From positions 124,001-188,000 of the forward strand of contig JALDZX010000026.1 in assembly GCA_022813865.1 (NCBI GenBank): a stretch of DNA of 64,000 nucleotides, in the 5' to 3' direction. Below the pieces are notes generated by a model. The model had not been told where the DNA came from. It did no database searches and saw only the letters and a program-made list of their open reading frames with translations. Shown in pieces: positions 1 through 14,242 of this stretch; within the stretch, counting starts at the first letter, position 1, and every line of letters starts with the position of its first letter. Origin of the DNA: Xylographa opegraphella. Taxonomy: Eukaryota. The position numbers were made by a program, and so were the translations under genes.

Positions 1-39
1 CCGGAACGTTATCATGGAGCAGAGTGCTGACCCTAACAG

Positions 40-3000
40 AATTCACTACTTTCATCAGAGGTAAACTATCCTCGGTTATCGGGCCGCGAACCTAGTCCAT
101 CTCCGTCTCTTCGTCCTTTTGATCGACGCTTCCAAACGCGGCTCTCCCAATCACCTTTGAATTCACCTCGACCCATATCTCCGGCATTCCTAACTGCTCA
201 CTCTCGCCATCCCTCCGCTCTCAGTCAGCTGGTACATGATAATGGGGACGTAGACACCCCTGATGCCCCCTGGGAGGTAGTGAGATGGACAAAATTGCGG
301 AAGATGTCTGGTCAGGCGTTTTCAGAGATAGGTAAACGAAAATTTGGCCGTCCAACTTGTATCGCAGTGACCGCTTCCATCGCATTGGGTACCTCGAAAG
401 GTATGATTTTGATTTTCGACTATCACCAGAATTTGCAAACAATTATTGGTCCAGGTACACAAGGTGATTGCACTCGGAATACTTCCACATCTCCTTTCTT
501 ACTTACTGACTCCGCACTTAGCTGTTGAAAGTGGTTCAGTGACTTCAATTACATTTTCTGCAGATCATGCTGTAATTGCCGGTGGTCATGCCAATGGAGC
601 TATATTCACATGGGATACCAGTAGACCTGCGAAACCTCTCTTGCAAGTTCTACCGACAGACCAGGGTCGAGTCCTTGCTTCAGATCATGATGGTCATGTG
701 TCTGGTGCTGCGGTCCTACACATCGGCTTTCTGGGTCCCAGGCACACTGCGTTTGTGTCTGCAGATGACAAGGGTATGGCGTTCTCTCACTTTGTATCGA
801 GAGGCATGGGTGCCTTTGCGCGCTCTATAAGAACTACGAGGATACTGGGACGGTACCCGGAGTCAAGTCTGGTGGTCACAAAGCCGAAGAAGCCGAGTTC
901 CGTGCTAGCTTTCGCACCGTTACCATTGGGAAATGTAACGCTTAACATGGATGATATGGGTCTTGTAGCAATGCTGACCCCCTACTTACTCGTGATTGTA
1001 TCGACGTTACCAGTCGCACAAACTCAGCACAAAGCAAGCAGACCCAAAGAATTAGCCGCCCACAGTACAATGAGTGCTGCACTAGCCTGGTTTCCAGCCA
1101 TGAAGACCAGTGCAGATGATGCTGCAATTCATGCAGACAGTTCTTTTGCAAAGCTTGCGTACTGCTGGTCGAATGTCCTAACCGTTCTTCATGTGCATGA
1201 AGCAGAAGTGTCGGAAGGAAGTACAAAAGACAAGTCTCCTGAGCTGAGGTTCATACCTCGCAAGAGATGGAAGGCGGACGAGGCTATTGTTGCTATTCAG
1301 TGGCTGAGCCGTTCTGTATTGAGTGTCATCACTGTCTCCCAACAGCTGATTATCCTTGAAGACTCTGGTCTTCGAGTTACTGACAGTTCCGACATGATTC
1401 AGAAGCACATATATCATGTTGATTTGTTCTCTCAACAGCTGAGTCAGTTGGTTGAGAAGCTGGATGAGGAAGATACTTCTATGCATGGTGTAGTCGCTGA
1501 TGCGTTCTATATGAGCTACAAGACTTACAAAGGTCGTTTATTCTTGCTCGGCTTCGGTGATGTCTCAATGGGAACCATGTCCAACTGGGCAGATAGACTC
1601 CTTGCGCTTATGGAAGAAGGGAACTTCATTGGTGCGATAGAATTAGCAACTTCTTACTACAATGGGGAAGGGGACAAAGCCACTGTCGGGCTTCCGGAAG
1701 ATGATACTTCAAGGCATTCCGTGGTTCAGGAAAGGCTTTCCGAGATGATGTCTGCTTCACTAAAGTACGCATTTGGGCGGAATCAGAAGGCAAGTACTTC
1801 CAAGTTGGGAGATCGTCAGCTCGAAGAGCTGGCAACTGCTTGCTTCAACGCATGTCTCAGCATCGAAGACATGGAATTTTTGTTCGACGACGTTTATACT
1901 TGGTATTCTGATGATCAAGTCGAAGGTTTATTTTTACAAATCTTGGAGGGCTACATCACAAATGGATCTATCAGGATTCTGCCTCCTTCGGTACTGAAAG
2001 ACTTGGTCGGACATTTCGTAGAAGCAGGGCGAAATTCAGAGCTTGAAGAGACCTTGTGCTTGCTGAATCCAGAGACAATGGACATCGACCAAATCACAAG
2101 TCTATGCAAGAAGTATAGGCTATACGATGCTTTATTTTATGTGTGGAACCAGGCGCTCGGAGACTATACCACAATCTTGAAGGATCTGCTATATCTCAGG
2201 GAAGATAGAGCCGAGGATAGCGAAACTGATAGGGAGATTCGCCGTTCCATGTCTGGAAATACAATCTCGAAAGTGTTCCCATACCTTTCATACATTCTCA
2301 CGGGTAGGATCTATCCAACAGGAGAAGCAATGACTGAGGCACAGGCCACAATGGCCAAAGCTGAGATTTACGACTTTCTCTTCTCCAGTGGAAGACGAAA
2401 CACCGTCATAAATGAAGATTCATCTAACAAGATGACACTCAGCCTCCCTCATCTGCGGCATATACTGAAGCTAGACTCTTCGAGCTTTCTCAGTATGTTG
2501 AATGAAGCGTTTGAAGACAGCTTTCTTAATGGAACGAATGAAATCCTCAATGACTACCAGAAGACGGCTGAACTGTCGGAAGAGCAGCGGTTTGGATTGT
2601 CCGTGAACCGACAATTCATTATCAGCATTTTGCTCGAAGTCATACTACCTCCGGACTTTAATAAAGAGGATGTGATCTACCTAGATATGTTTGTCGCTCG
2701 GAATATTGCCAAATACTCGCAGTTCGTTCTGCTACCTGGGAGTACCCTCCAACGTGTCATGGTCGAACTTTGTACATATTCGAGCGAAGATACGGCAGAA
2801 GATTGCCAGCTTAGCGTTGAATATCTACTCTCAGTATATCAGCCTCCTGATCTTCCGTCTATGATACCAACGCTTTCGAATGCTCATTTCTACAGGATTA
2901 TAAAACTTATCTATTCATCTGAGAAAAACTACGCATTACTGCTCTTGACCTGCTTCGAAGACCGTGAAAACCCCCAAGCTATATTTGACTGCATTGCAGA

Positions 3001-4510
3001 CTGTTTAAGGCCAGGCTCAGAGTTGAATCCGAAGCAGATCGAGGGCATCCACAACGTCATTATCAAGCACGCTTCTGATCTCGTCGGGGCTGGACTTAGG
3101 CAGGCAGCGTCAACTATAGACGCATTTGCTCCAGAGCTCCACACGTTTCTCCTGGAAACGCTTACCGACGATGACCATGCACAGTTTCAGTATTTGAGAG
3201 AGGTCTTGGAACCTAACGAACCAAAACCCTCTGCCAATGAAACGCCAACAGCATCTCTTAACCAAAATTTTGTTGAGCAGTATGTCCGGCTACTATGCGA
3301 CTACGACCCACAACACGTTAATGACTATATCCGGAATCTGCAGACCGGTGACCTAAGGCTCGAGTCTGTTCTGCCAGCTCTCGAAAGTAATGGAATAATT
3401 GACGCAGCTGTGGTGGTCATGGCACGAGAAGGAAAGGTCCGGAACGCAATTGATCGCCTGGCCCAGTACCTCAAGACACTTGGAGCGGCTCTAATTGGAC
3501 TGCTTGATGGTGCTCACGAGACACCTGATGCGGCGAATGCGCAAGAGACGTCGGATGATCTTATGAAGTCGCTCCAGAAATACATCCGAATAGGTGTCTG
3601 GCTTTGCCAGAGTCAAACGAAGGCTGTCGCGAACATGAAAGGTAACGCCACAACCGCAAATCGGCGTGCTTTGGTAACAAATACACTTTCATTGGACGAA
3701 GAACTGTGGTTAGATCTGGTCGATGCCGTGGTTCAAGTCACGAGAGATGTGGGCGATACACTGCAGTCTCATCTGGACACTGCAAGCACGCCAGTCAACC
3801 ATCCGATCGATAGTGCAACGGTGCTTTCGAGGCTTCGTACCATGGTTCAAGAAACCTTTACTGCTCTGCTGACAGCCACGACGGTGCCAGCATCAAATGA
3901 CGTGCGACAGAAAGATCTCTCATTTCTGCGCATATTTCGCGCATTCCTTGATCGCGTCTCGCTCTCGTCGCCTTCCATTTCGAATCTACGGGCCGTCTTG
4001 TCCGCGATTTTCTCTGCATATTCGTACGAAGAGTCTCTGCTCGACCTGGCGAACAGGCTTCTCGATAAAGACCTCTTCGTGCATGTGGCGGAGGTGTCAG
4101 CGATGCGACGACGCGGCTGGCGGCCGCTTGGGCAGCTGTGTGAGGGCTGTGGCAAGAGAGTGTGGGGTTCAGGGGTCGGAGGCGGGATCTGGGAGGCTTG
4201 GGTAGAGGCAAATCAGGATGCAAGTGCCACATTTGATGGCAAAGTCAAGGCCACCCGGCCAGGTGCCGGCTCGAACGGTACTGGGAAAGGGAAAGCTGCA
4301 GCGAGCGTGGAAGACGATATGGCGGAATCGGGTAGGGCGGCCGAGGCCCAGTTGGAAGAAAGGAAGAAAGGGAATCTTGGACCGTTGGTAGTGTTTGCAT
4401 GCAGGCATGTTTTCCACCGGAGATGCCTCGAGAGCATGGAGCCGCAGGGAGACGAGCCGGATGTGGTAGGGAGGGGGGGTTTGGAATTCTTGTGTCCGTT
4501 GTGTACATAG
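40..4510 (+). CDS. VPS8: CORVET complex subunit Vps8; 5'-partial
   Basis: Exon 40-463 (RPFDRRF...WEVVRWTKL...GRPTCIAV), intron 464-521 (GTGATT...ACTGAC...TAG), then a long exon with WD-like N-terminus, helical region and C-terminal RING-like CEGC...CRHVFHRRC...CPLC. An intron 3' end (GCTGAC...CAG) at about 26-39 implies the start lies upstream of the window. Confidence 0.9.
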
Positions 4511-5687
4511 CTCCAGCAGAGAGAGGGAGAAGGCCAGTACCGTCGACGTGGAAAATATCTTCTACAAGTATCTAGGACATTTAATCCTTTTAGAAATTAT
4601 GGAAGATGTTATAATAGAGGACGTCTGTCTGGGTTATCCTTGCACTTGGTCGTGCACATCAAACTCGCACGAACGAGATATGCACGGTCTGCCAGCAGGT
4701 CCGGGGACGTGGTTGGCTGTAAGCATCGTTTACATGGATTTCTACACAACCTGCATGCCCGGCTGCATTCGATACTGTCGGTCGTGCAGTCGCAACCTCA
4801 TTTCGTGTGGTGGGTAGCCGGCGCAACGGATTGCTATCGATAGAGCGGACTTGTTATCGGCCTCTACCCTATCTCCTAGTGCTGTTTCAAAGCTTGCTTA
4901 GCGGTGGAATGTGCTGCCGAAGCGCTCGCTTATCTTAGTGCGCCGTCGTAAATCACCGTGTTCGGCATTGTCATTGGGTCAAACATTTCCCATTTCCAGC
5001 TCATGTTCGAAACGGTAGGATGGCATTCATAATCCTTTTGAAACAGCTAGAACCCTTCACGAATAAGGATGCAGAAGACGAACATCATCTTCGCATCCCA
5101 GGACAACGTGATTTCCGACTGTTCACAGCTACCAGCGACGACTCGACACCCGTCCGCCTTGCGGCCCGCGCTCAAACCGTGTCGGAGCGCTGAAACCACC
5201 GCACTACTGGACGTGCTAAGTCACCAGAACCTACCTGCTGCTTCTGACTGGTGAATGGCTTTCCCCACATGGGATGGGCTTCACATTCCTGGCCTGTGGC
5301 CACCCACGAACAAGACGTTTTTGTGGTTCTGGAACCGGCCTTTCTTGCGGTCCCTTGCCTCGAGGACAGCCGTACAATAACTAAGGGGCATGAAGCTTTG
5401 AATCCTTTGTCCATGTCCAAAAGGCAACAAGTGGCTGACACCCGTGCTTTGTTCTCCCTTTCATGACTTGTGATTCACAAAGAGACAGTCAGTCAGTCCC
5501 AAAGCAAATGACAATGGTATCAGCCTGACCCCCTTTCTTATTGTTATCGCATGTGAATATATACCTCGAGTTTCCTTTCTTTTCCGAATTATTCCTCAAT
5601 CATTCTAGAATATTTTATCTTCCATCAGTCGGTACAATATCTGGAATATTGCCTCACTCGTGGTCAGTGTACCATCACTTTGTCAAT

Positions 5688-7099
5688 ATGCATTTCACTA
5701 CACTCCTTGTCTGTGTCGGCTTCGCGCACCTCGCTCTAGCTGGCTACACTCTCGAAGATGACTACAGTGCCGCAAACTTCTTCTCTATGTTCAACTTCCA
5801 AACAGTCAGTACCCTCACACACCCTCGGTCTATGGAAAGCTTGCTAACTTGCCCCAGGAAACTGATCCCACTGGTGGATATGTGAACTACCTCGATCAAG
5901 CCACCGCCCAAAATGACGGGCTCATCAATACCAACAACGGCCTCGTATACATAGGCGTTGATAACACAAATGTCGCGTTGGGGCGGGGCAGGAATAGTGT
6001 CCGCCTCGAGAGCAAGAAGACCTACAACCACGCCCTTGTCGTCCTTGATCTAGTTCACATGCCAGCTGGTTGCGGAACTTGGCCAGCATTCTGGACATTC
6101 GGTCCAGGCTGGCCCAACGGTGGCGAGATCGATGTGATTGAAGGGGTCAACGATCAAACAACCAATTCCATGACGCTACACACCAGCGACGGCTGCTCGG
6201 CCAACAGTCCTGCCGCAGCTTTCACTGGCCAGCAAAACACATACAACTGTTATGTCAAGGCTGCGAACCAGTCAGAAAATGAAGGTTGTGGCTTTAGTGC
6301 AACGGTCTCCAATAGCTACGGTACCGGCTTCAACGGTAACGGCGGTGGCGTATACGCCATGGAATGGACCAGCGACTACATCCGGATATTCTTCTGGCCC
6401 GGTGGTTCAGCACCTAGTGATGCGCTAGGGGACTCACCAAACCCAAGCAACTGGGGACGACCCGCAGCACACTTCCAAGGCGATTGTGACATCGATCAAC
6501 ACTTCATGGACCAGCAGATCACTTTCGATATGACCTTCTGCGGCTCATGGGCAGGAGATGCTTGGGGTGACAACTGCGCAGCGCAACATGGCAACTCGTG
6601 CAATGCCTTTGTGCAAAATACGCCCGGCGCATTTAAGGAGACTTATTGGTCGGTCAGCTCGCTGCGCGTTTACCAAGACAGCCCCAGCTCCAATACAGCT
6701 CCCAGCGCTGCGTCGAAGCCCAAACCCGCGGCAGTCCCTGCGGCGGTTCCTGTGTCCTCTGCTGCGCCGGCATCTCCATCCTCATCCACGACATCGGTTG
6801 CCAGCTCGATACATATCGCGTCATCCTCGACGCAAGTGGCCCCACCCTCGGCGGTAGTCACCGTTACCGCCGCTCCTATCATCATCACCGTTGCAGCCCC
6901 GAGCACCACGCGCGTGCCGGTAGCTTCGTCGGTATTCTCCTCTCAGCCCGCACAGACGCTCGATGTGCTGCCCGCGAATGCCGAGGTGCTGCAATCCGAC
7001 GAGTTCGGCGCCGGCAGCCCGGGCATTCCGGACCGGTGGCGACGAAGAAACAGACGCCATCTCGCGCAACACGTCCGGTTGGGGCACACTCCCTTTTGA
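5688..7099 (+). CDS. Secreted GH16 endo-1,3(4)-beta-glucanase with Ser/Thr/Ala-rich tail
   Basis: Signal peptide MHFTTLLVCVGFAHLALA; intron 5805-5857; catalytic EIDVIE motif; GTWPAFW and DMTFCGSWAG motifs. Confidence 0.92.
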
Positions 7100-7916
7100 A
7101 TCATAGCATTTTCACAAGCGGGCGTTTGGTGGTTAGCGAGGCGTTTTGTTCATATGGGAACTTTTGGCCTGTATCTTCGATTCCCATACAACACATCCGT
7201 ACATGCTTGTAATTAGATGTTTATACACAATAGCCCTCTTGTATCGTTGCATGTTGGCCCGTGGGGCGATGTTATAGATACAAATATACACATTCAACAT
7301 CTTTATTCTACTTGTTTGACAGTTTGATGTGACAATAAAAAATGTTAGTCTAGCATGCTCATGTGATTATGTGATTCACGAGTGGATGCAGCATGGAGTT
7401 CTTGGGGTTTCCTTCCTGTGGTTCCTTGTTCAGCATTCCGAAGGAATGCTGAAGAGTGCTGCAAAGAGCCAAAGCCCGTACTCTGCCGAAAACGTTCGCC
7501 AGAGGAGATTCCTCGAAGCGTGCAGATAGTTCAGCGATGGCGTCCGTTTTCTTTGGCGATATAATGCGTTTTAGATAAGATAAATTTAAATCTTTGTCGC
7601 AAATCACAGTCACGGCTTGCTGCTTGCGGCCACAGCCTCATAATTTTATCTACTCTATTTTTATACTGCGCCGCACCCACGCGCGTGTCGATCAAACACG
7701 GCACGCTAACACCGTCCTGGAAGCTGGTCCGGGGCGAATCTCGCTACCATTCGCTGTGCCGTCAACGCCTGCGAAACATGACCTTCAAGTTTCTTCAGCT
7801 TCGTCGCTGGGAATCATTGTCACTGTCTTTCGGTTCACTGTTTTCCACTTCGCTATCTGTGCTTCTCCTGTTGTTTTCATGTCAAAACTCTCGCTTGGTA
7901 CGGAATCTTTTTCGGA

Positions 7917-10060
7917 ATGTCGACAAGGTTGTTTAGTTTCAGCATACTAGCCCTAAGTCTTCTGCTGTCGCAACACAAGCAAGGTCAGTTTCGAAACATT
8001 CGCTCATTCTAAACACTGTTGACAAATCTCCAATATGCAGTTGATGCGGCAGTGTCGAATACATCGTCATCTCTCACTGTTACTCCCTTTACAAACTCAA
8101 TCGAACCGTACACACCGATTATTTTCACGTACACGAATACTGTCGCTGCTGGACTGACTGAAACACTCGTTGGTCCCGACAATACCCAAGATGTTACCTT
8201 TGTGCTTGCAGGGCCCACCACATTCGTTTCTGTCTTTACAGAGGGCTCGAATCTGGCTGGTGAGGGAGTCTTTGCTGCCGCACCGCCAACGTCAGCAACT
8301 CAGTGCTATGGGACTGGTGTTACTACCCAGCCAGGACGTTCTGTGACATATGCTGAGGAGGTGACTGTCATTGCTGGGCCCGAGACGGTAACGCAAACCA
8401 CATATGACACATCGGGGCATACTATCCATATCACATATACCTATACAGCGGCGACCACGATATTCACAACAATTACTACCGTACTCGGGCCACCTCCCGA
8501 TACAGATCCAGCTGGCGCTGAGCCAGGTCAAGTATGCGGGGGGATCTGTGGCGCGTGTAATCTGTACTATCCTACCGTCAATGTTTATTATTGGCCCGTG
8601 GCCTCACCCAATACAGCTTGCCTTGTGAGTGCGACAACGACAGCTCCACCAAGCGTGATGGCTAGGGACATATATGGATACCCAGTCATTCCACGTCAAT
8701 TGCATGGTAATGCATCCACGCTCGTGTCGAATGGCTTTACCTTGTAAGCATGATACCAAAGCATGTCAGTCCTCTACTTACAGATTATAGCACGTCTCCA
8801 TCAGCGTATATCGTATTCCCTACGATCAGCGCAGCGGATGAATGCGGCCTGGTCGGAAGCATACACACCGATGTCACGTTTCCAGTAGCAGATGGACAAC
8901 TATCTACAGTCATCGCCAGCCAAAACTTCTACTCGACCTTTCCATTCGACTTCGCGGATGCGTTGTGCCCGCCAGCATCTGTGGCAGACGATTTCCACGT
9001 CTCCTTCATCGGCCAAGGATATCGACCAATCATTGCGCCACCGCCAGGATTGACAAGCATTGATCCTGCGTGGGTTTCGTTTTGCGGCGTTGGAGATCCA
9101 TTTCAGGGCAATGACCCGCCGTATGCTTTGACGCCTGCAGCCAACTTGTCCCCGTCAACAACTCTTCCCTCAGCATTGCCTGACGAGACCGCCGCGAGTC
9201 CGAGCTCGGCCATTCCATCAATGCCTGTTCAGACAAGTTCCTCTGCTATGTTTGTACCTCAGCCTGTCTCATCGCCAGCTGCACCTTCCTCGTCCTCCTT
9301 GCCAACCCCATCATTGCCGCAATCACCTTCAGCTGTCTCTTCAAGCTCGATTCTATCACTAAGAACTTCGTACTCAGCTGTAGCAACTCCGATCGGCCCA
9401 ATCTACACGCCATCAAACAGTCTAAGTTCTCAGCCGAGTTCGAGTCTGCAAGCTTCACCTACTACTACCAGTCCCGCAGTGATCTCGATCGCTGGTCAAT
9501 CGTTCACTGCCAACTCCGCTTCCGTATGGGTAGCTGGTACGGCAACTCTCACCGCCGGTGGGGCGGCCATCACGATCTCTAATACCATGGTCTCCCTCGC
9601 CCCTTCTGCCAGTTTCGCAGTCGTGGGCAGCAGCACGCAGAACCTTCCTCAAGCACTGTCCACTCCTACGCCTTACGTCCTGACGCTTCCCGGTATGACG
9701 TTGACAGTCGTCCCCACCGCAGTTGCAGTCTCAGAAAAGCTCTTCACGTTCAACAGTTCCACATACACTGCGGATTCGGCGTCCGACTTCGTGATTGGTA
9801 GCCAGACACTGGTTCCAGGAGCCGTTGTGACCGTATCGGGAACGCCGATATCTCTAGGACCTGGGGCTACGGATGTCGTTGTTGGAACATCGACGGAGGC
9901 TTTGGGTGGCTACATCATGAGCCAGTTCGGTGGCGGCGTTCCAAACTTCACCATCAATCCGGTCTATGGATCGGCGGCTCCTTTCAGAGCAATAATTTCT
10001 CGATGGCTAGTCTTAGGACTAGGGTTGGGAGCCGGGTTCGCCAGCTACTTTTTTACCTAA
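7917..10060 (+). CDS. Secreted Ser/Thr-rich cell-wall protein, probably GPI-anchored, with a Cys-containing domain of unknown function
   Basis: MSTRLFSFSILALSLLLSQHKQ signal peptide; introns 7984-8040 and 8744-8790 join the ORFs in frame; CGGICGAC...YYWP and DPAW...DPP motifs; repeated TANSAS/TADSAS beta-type units; hydrophobic C-terminus. Confidence 0.75.
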
Positions 10061-10987
10061 CTCGCAAAACGGCGCGCTTCCTATTCTTATACCCACTTTT
10101 CGCGATGGTTGGCGTCAGGGGGTCGTCGGCATTTTCGTTCATATAAGTCTGGAATGGCTGTGCAAGGGCAAGGTGCACTATTTGCATATGTGATACCATA
10201 TTGAAAGCACGGGTCGGGGACTTGTAGGATAGTACGCCTGTCATGACAAACTGGGATGCTGAAATGATGGAGTGTATTGTCTGGGTTAATTTTGTATGAT
10301 TTAGGAAATTCATGTAAAATAGACGGCTTCTTTTGGCTTATGCCAGACTATCCATCGTTTACAAACAAAACAAGTTTCTACACGACGTCAAAACTGCCGA
10401 GTTTCTCGCTTATCCTAAGGTAGGTATATAAAGTAGTATAATTTTACGCTAGTAGTGCTGCCATTGAGACGACTTACGTTTGCTTGAGCAGTAATCTGGA
10501 TTTATTGGACACCGCCTATGTGATATATTCCAGCCTTTGCTTTAGGCATCGTGCACGTACTACGAATGCCAGCAATGGCTGATGTACCAGCAATGGCAGT
10601 TGGTCCCATCTGAGCCATTGCGACGGTCTTCTTAGAACGCGTTTGCTATGAGCTCACATTCACCAGTTCTGGTGGCGGAGTGAATCAAGACGACAATCTT
10701 CGAGCTTTCTACGCTAATTAATTCACGTCGAGGCTCATCTTGATGGGCTTCGGACTGGATGTTCCTTCATGCATCATTTCTTTGCATCCTTCTCTCAGTT
10801 TGGCAGCTTTGATACTTGCACATGCCCTCTGATTGATCACTTGTGGTTCATGTTTACAAGTGCTCGTTAGGTTTCTTCTGCACATGCTCTACTGGTATAT
10901 CATTGGTGGTTCTTAGTTACAGGTACTCGTTGGATTTGTTCTGCCGATGATTACAACAGCAAGCACTGAAATATTACATCACTAGCA

Positions 10988-12990
10988 ATGGATGACCTTC
11001 CCCAGGAGCTGCTATGCAATATCATCGGCTATGTAGGAACTTTCCGTACAAATTGACGGTTGACTTCTCTGACAAAGAACAGATCACTGAGCAGAAGGAT
11101 CGGAAATCGCTATGTGAGGTTTCAAGGCGATTTAACGATTTTGCCACTCCTTTCCTATACAACAGTATCACCTTGAACACTGCCGAATCAGATCTGGGCT
11201 TCTTGAATGTCAAAGCCTTCTCAGAGGTCTCCTGGTGGGTCCCCAGTCTCGCTTGCGCCATGTCAGGCATTTACATCTCGTTTCTCCTATCCATGATCGC
11301 CTTGAATGCCGCTGCATACACTGGTATTATTTCTTTGGGGAGAACGAAAGCGAAGATGCGGAGGTTGAGGATGGCGATAATGGGAATCGTCTAAAGAAGC
11401 CAAAGAAGTCAAGTCATTGGGACTTAGAACGTGATCTTATATCAATTCTCCAGCAATTGGAAGACAATACTTTGCTAAGCTTTAGGTCTGTTATCACCCA
11501 TATACCATGTAGCTATGCTTAACAATTCGTCTCCAGTTGGGACTTGGGTATATGTATACCATCCACGGTGCTCGGCCGAGACGGAATTCTGACAACGAAG
11601 CAACGACGCATCGAGTGTCTGGCTCTTACCACTGGTGGCAGTGATGAGCACAAAATTGAAGGTTCCTATCTTCCATATCTGCTTCCTCTAAACTGCCTGC
11701 GAAGTCTCTCGTGGAAATCCATAATAACCGTCGAAGAACTCTACGAACTGTCGGATGGATTATTGACTAATTCGGAGCATCTCTCCACCCTGGAGCTCGA
11801 TTTGGTAGACTTCCCAGCGGTACTACGAAATTGGCGGGAATGCGGCGAATCTTCAAGAGGTAATTTGGTTGCGTTTTCTGTCCTAAACCTGGAGCGAGGT
11901 CAATTTTTCGTCAGATTCCCTGTTCTCGAAGTGCTGCGACTGTCTCAGGTCCCTTTCAATTTTGCCGCTATGGAAATGGCCTGCGCCCTCAACTTGACCA
12001 ATTTGCGTTCCTTAAAGCTACACAATTGTCCAGGTTCTTTCGCCTTACTGGAAACGGCCTCACGGTCTCTTCAGCCTATAAGGCTCACCTCATTCGAGCT
12101 GGTGAGCGTAGAGTGCTTCAAAGACTCATACGCCGTCTCGAACTTCCTGGAAGCCTTCACTGGGTTAGAAGAGCTGTACCTTTACCTACGTCGTCGCGAG
12201 CCGGAAATCACAGGAGACTACTGGCCTTCGATCCGACATCACATGTCAAGCTTGAAACGACTCGTGTATCACATAGACTATATATTCGATCCTGTACAGG
12301 AAATGGGCGAATTCCATCTACCTTACAAGAACACTATCACAAGTCTGCCATTAGTCGATTGCGTTGGAATCCGTGACTCTGGGTACATTTTGGTAAGCTT
12401 TAGAACCACTTGGGTCGTACACTGGGTTCCTGAACTCTAGTAGTAGCTGATAGTCTCTGCGACCTTCAGGCATTTAAACTAAGGGAGTTCGCCCATAAGC
12501 TGAAGTGGAAGGTTTTACACCTCAGATGGAGACGCGCAGTAGAATCAACTTGGTGTAATTGGCATGTCAATCCAAGTCACGAGTCTACTACATCACACAC
12601 AGTAGCTGGAGGCTCCTTTGCATCGTGGAGGGCTATGGGCCAGTATGTGCCCTATTTTTTGAATACCTTTGCAACCTGGGCATTCGGCCCTACCGGGCTC
12701 CCCAAGCTAGAAATACTAGCATCTGGCGATTTCTCCCACAAAGGCCGCTACGATAAGAGTAATGTGCTGCTATGCAGACGACCACCAGCCGGATCGAACA
12801 CTGATAGCGACTCTAAATCCTATCTCGGGTCAGAGCCGGACACCATGCAGAAGGTAGAATTATCCCTTCTCCACCTTGCCCCTTTCGCCTGATGGAAAAG
12901 GAAGATTGGCATTTGTGGGACGGTATTGAGGGGGGTTTCGGGCTGCTTGAGGCTTGCCCTTCCGAGCAACTCCTTAAAGTGACAGTCTAG
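10988..12990 (+). pseudogene. F-box-like/LRR-like protein with an apparent frameshift
   Basis: MDDLPQELLCNIIGY|ITEQKDRKSLCEVSRRF...LYNSI F-box-like start; introns near 11033-11082, 11486-11537 and 12393-12469; frame change near 11200-11240 with no credible intron; C-terminal AFGP..LPKLEILASGDFS..GRY and LLEACP. Confidence 0.6.
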
Positions 12991-14242
12991 AAGGCCTTAA
13001 GCGTTCGAAAACAGATCAGTGGCCTCTGCTTGTCTGCCTCATGCTCACATGAGATACTCACTGGCTGTTCGGCTCTACTGCTACTGTTGTGTTGAGCCTT
13101 TTTCTCTGTATCTTGGATGCTTTGTGCAATCTACAATAGAGCTAGCATATCAATGAGACGTTCTCGTTACTCGTCCATCGTTTGGCGTCTACTGGTTGCC
13201 TTTCACATGGAGTCTACTGATATCATCAGATCAAGCAGAAGGACTATATGCTTCGGAGATACAATCCCCGGCCGCCTGAACTCACTGAGTTGCTGTCCTG
13301 CGGAGAAGCTAAGCTCAGCGGACATCGTGACTCCCGGTCGCAGACCTCAGCGCAGCATTCCCCACGCATCAGGGAGTGGCCTCTTCTCCTAACGTGCACG
13401 TATGAGCAAGCTGCATACAGATTGTGCGTCTGTGACTTCACATCTCCAGCACGAGCGTGGTTCGCCGGGTCTCCTCTTGGCCAGTGTGCCGCTTCTCTGA
13501 ATCCTACTGACTATAGGGTGCTGCTTACTTCTTCCGGGGGTTTTATGTCTGGCTAGAGAAATAGCGGGAGTCGCGCTCGCTTGATAGGTGGATAATATAT
13601 CGTAGCCAGATCCAGCAGTATTGTTTGTTGTTCTTAATAGGCGCTGTCTTTGTGTGCGGCTGTTATAGCTTTTCTGTTAGCTTGGGAGTGGAAACGTCCC
13701 ATATCGTGCCTTGCAAGAGGCCTCCTCTCGGATCTTTGACACCCCCCTCCCCACCACCTCGGCCAGCTCCACCCCCTTTCTTGCTAAAAACAGTGGTCTC
13801 GGTATGAAACGTCGTCAGTCGGGTGGTCGGGGGAAGGGTTTGCGTTTCGGGGCATGGGCGTGGGGATGTGCTGTCGGGGGGAAGGGGTTTGGAGGACTGG
13901 AGATTGAGAATTGTTGGGGGTGTGAGCTACGGTTAAGTAGATGTAGCGTACCGCGAGCATAGAGAAGGGCGAGTGACTTGAGCTGAACTTCACTCGTCTG
14001 CGGCAATGGGGGTCTTCTTGTCTTTTGTCGTCGATTGAGGCATAGTAATTAACCAACCTGTAAGAATACTCGTTGCGAACTGGTCACAGTGACTGTGACA
14101 GGAAAGAATAATTTCTATACCCGTGCGGTTGAGCAATACCATTGCACATCGTATAGAGAGAAAAGCTATGCTTGTACATGCAGCGATCGACAGAACTTTC
14201 GTACACGCCCACTGACATAGGAAATATACATGAGAGCGGTCC

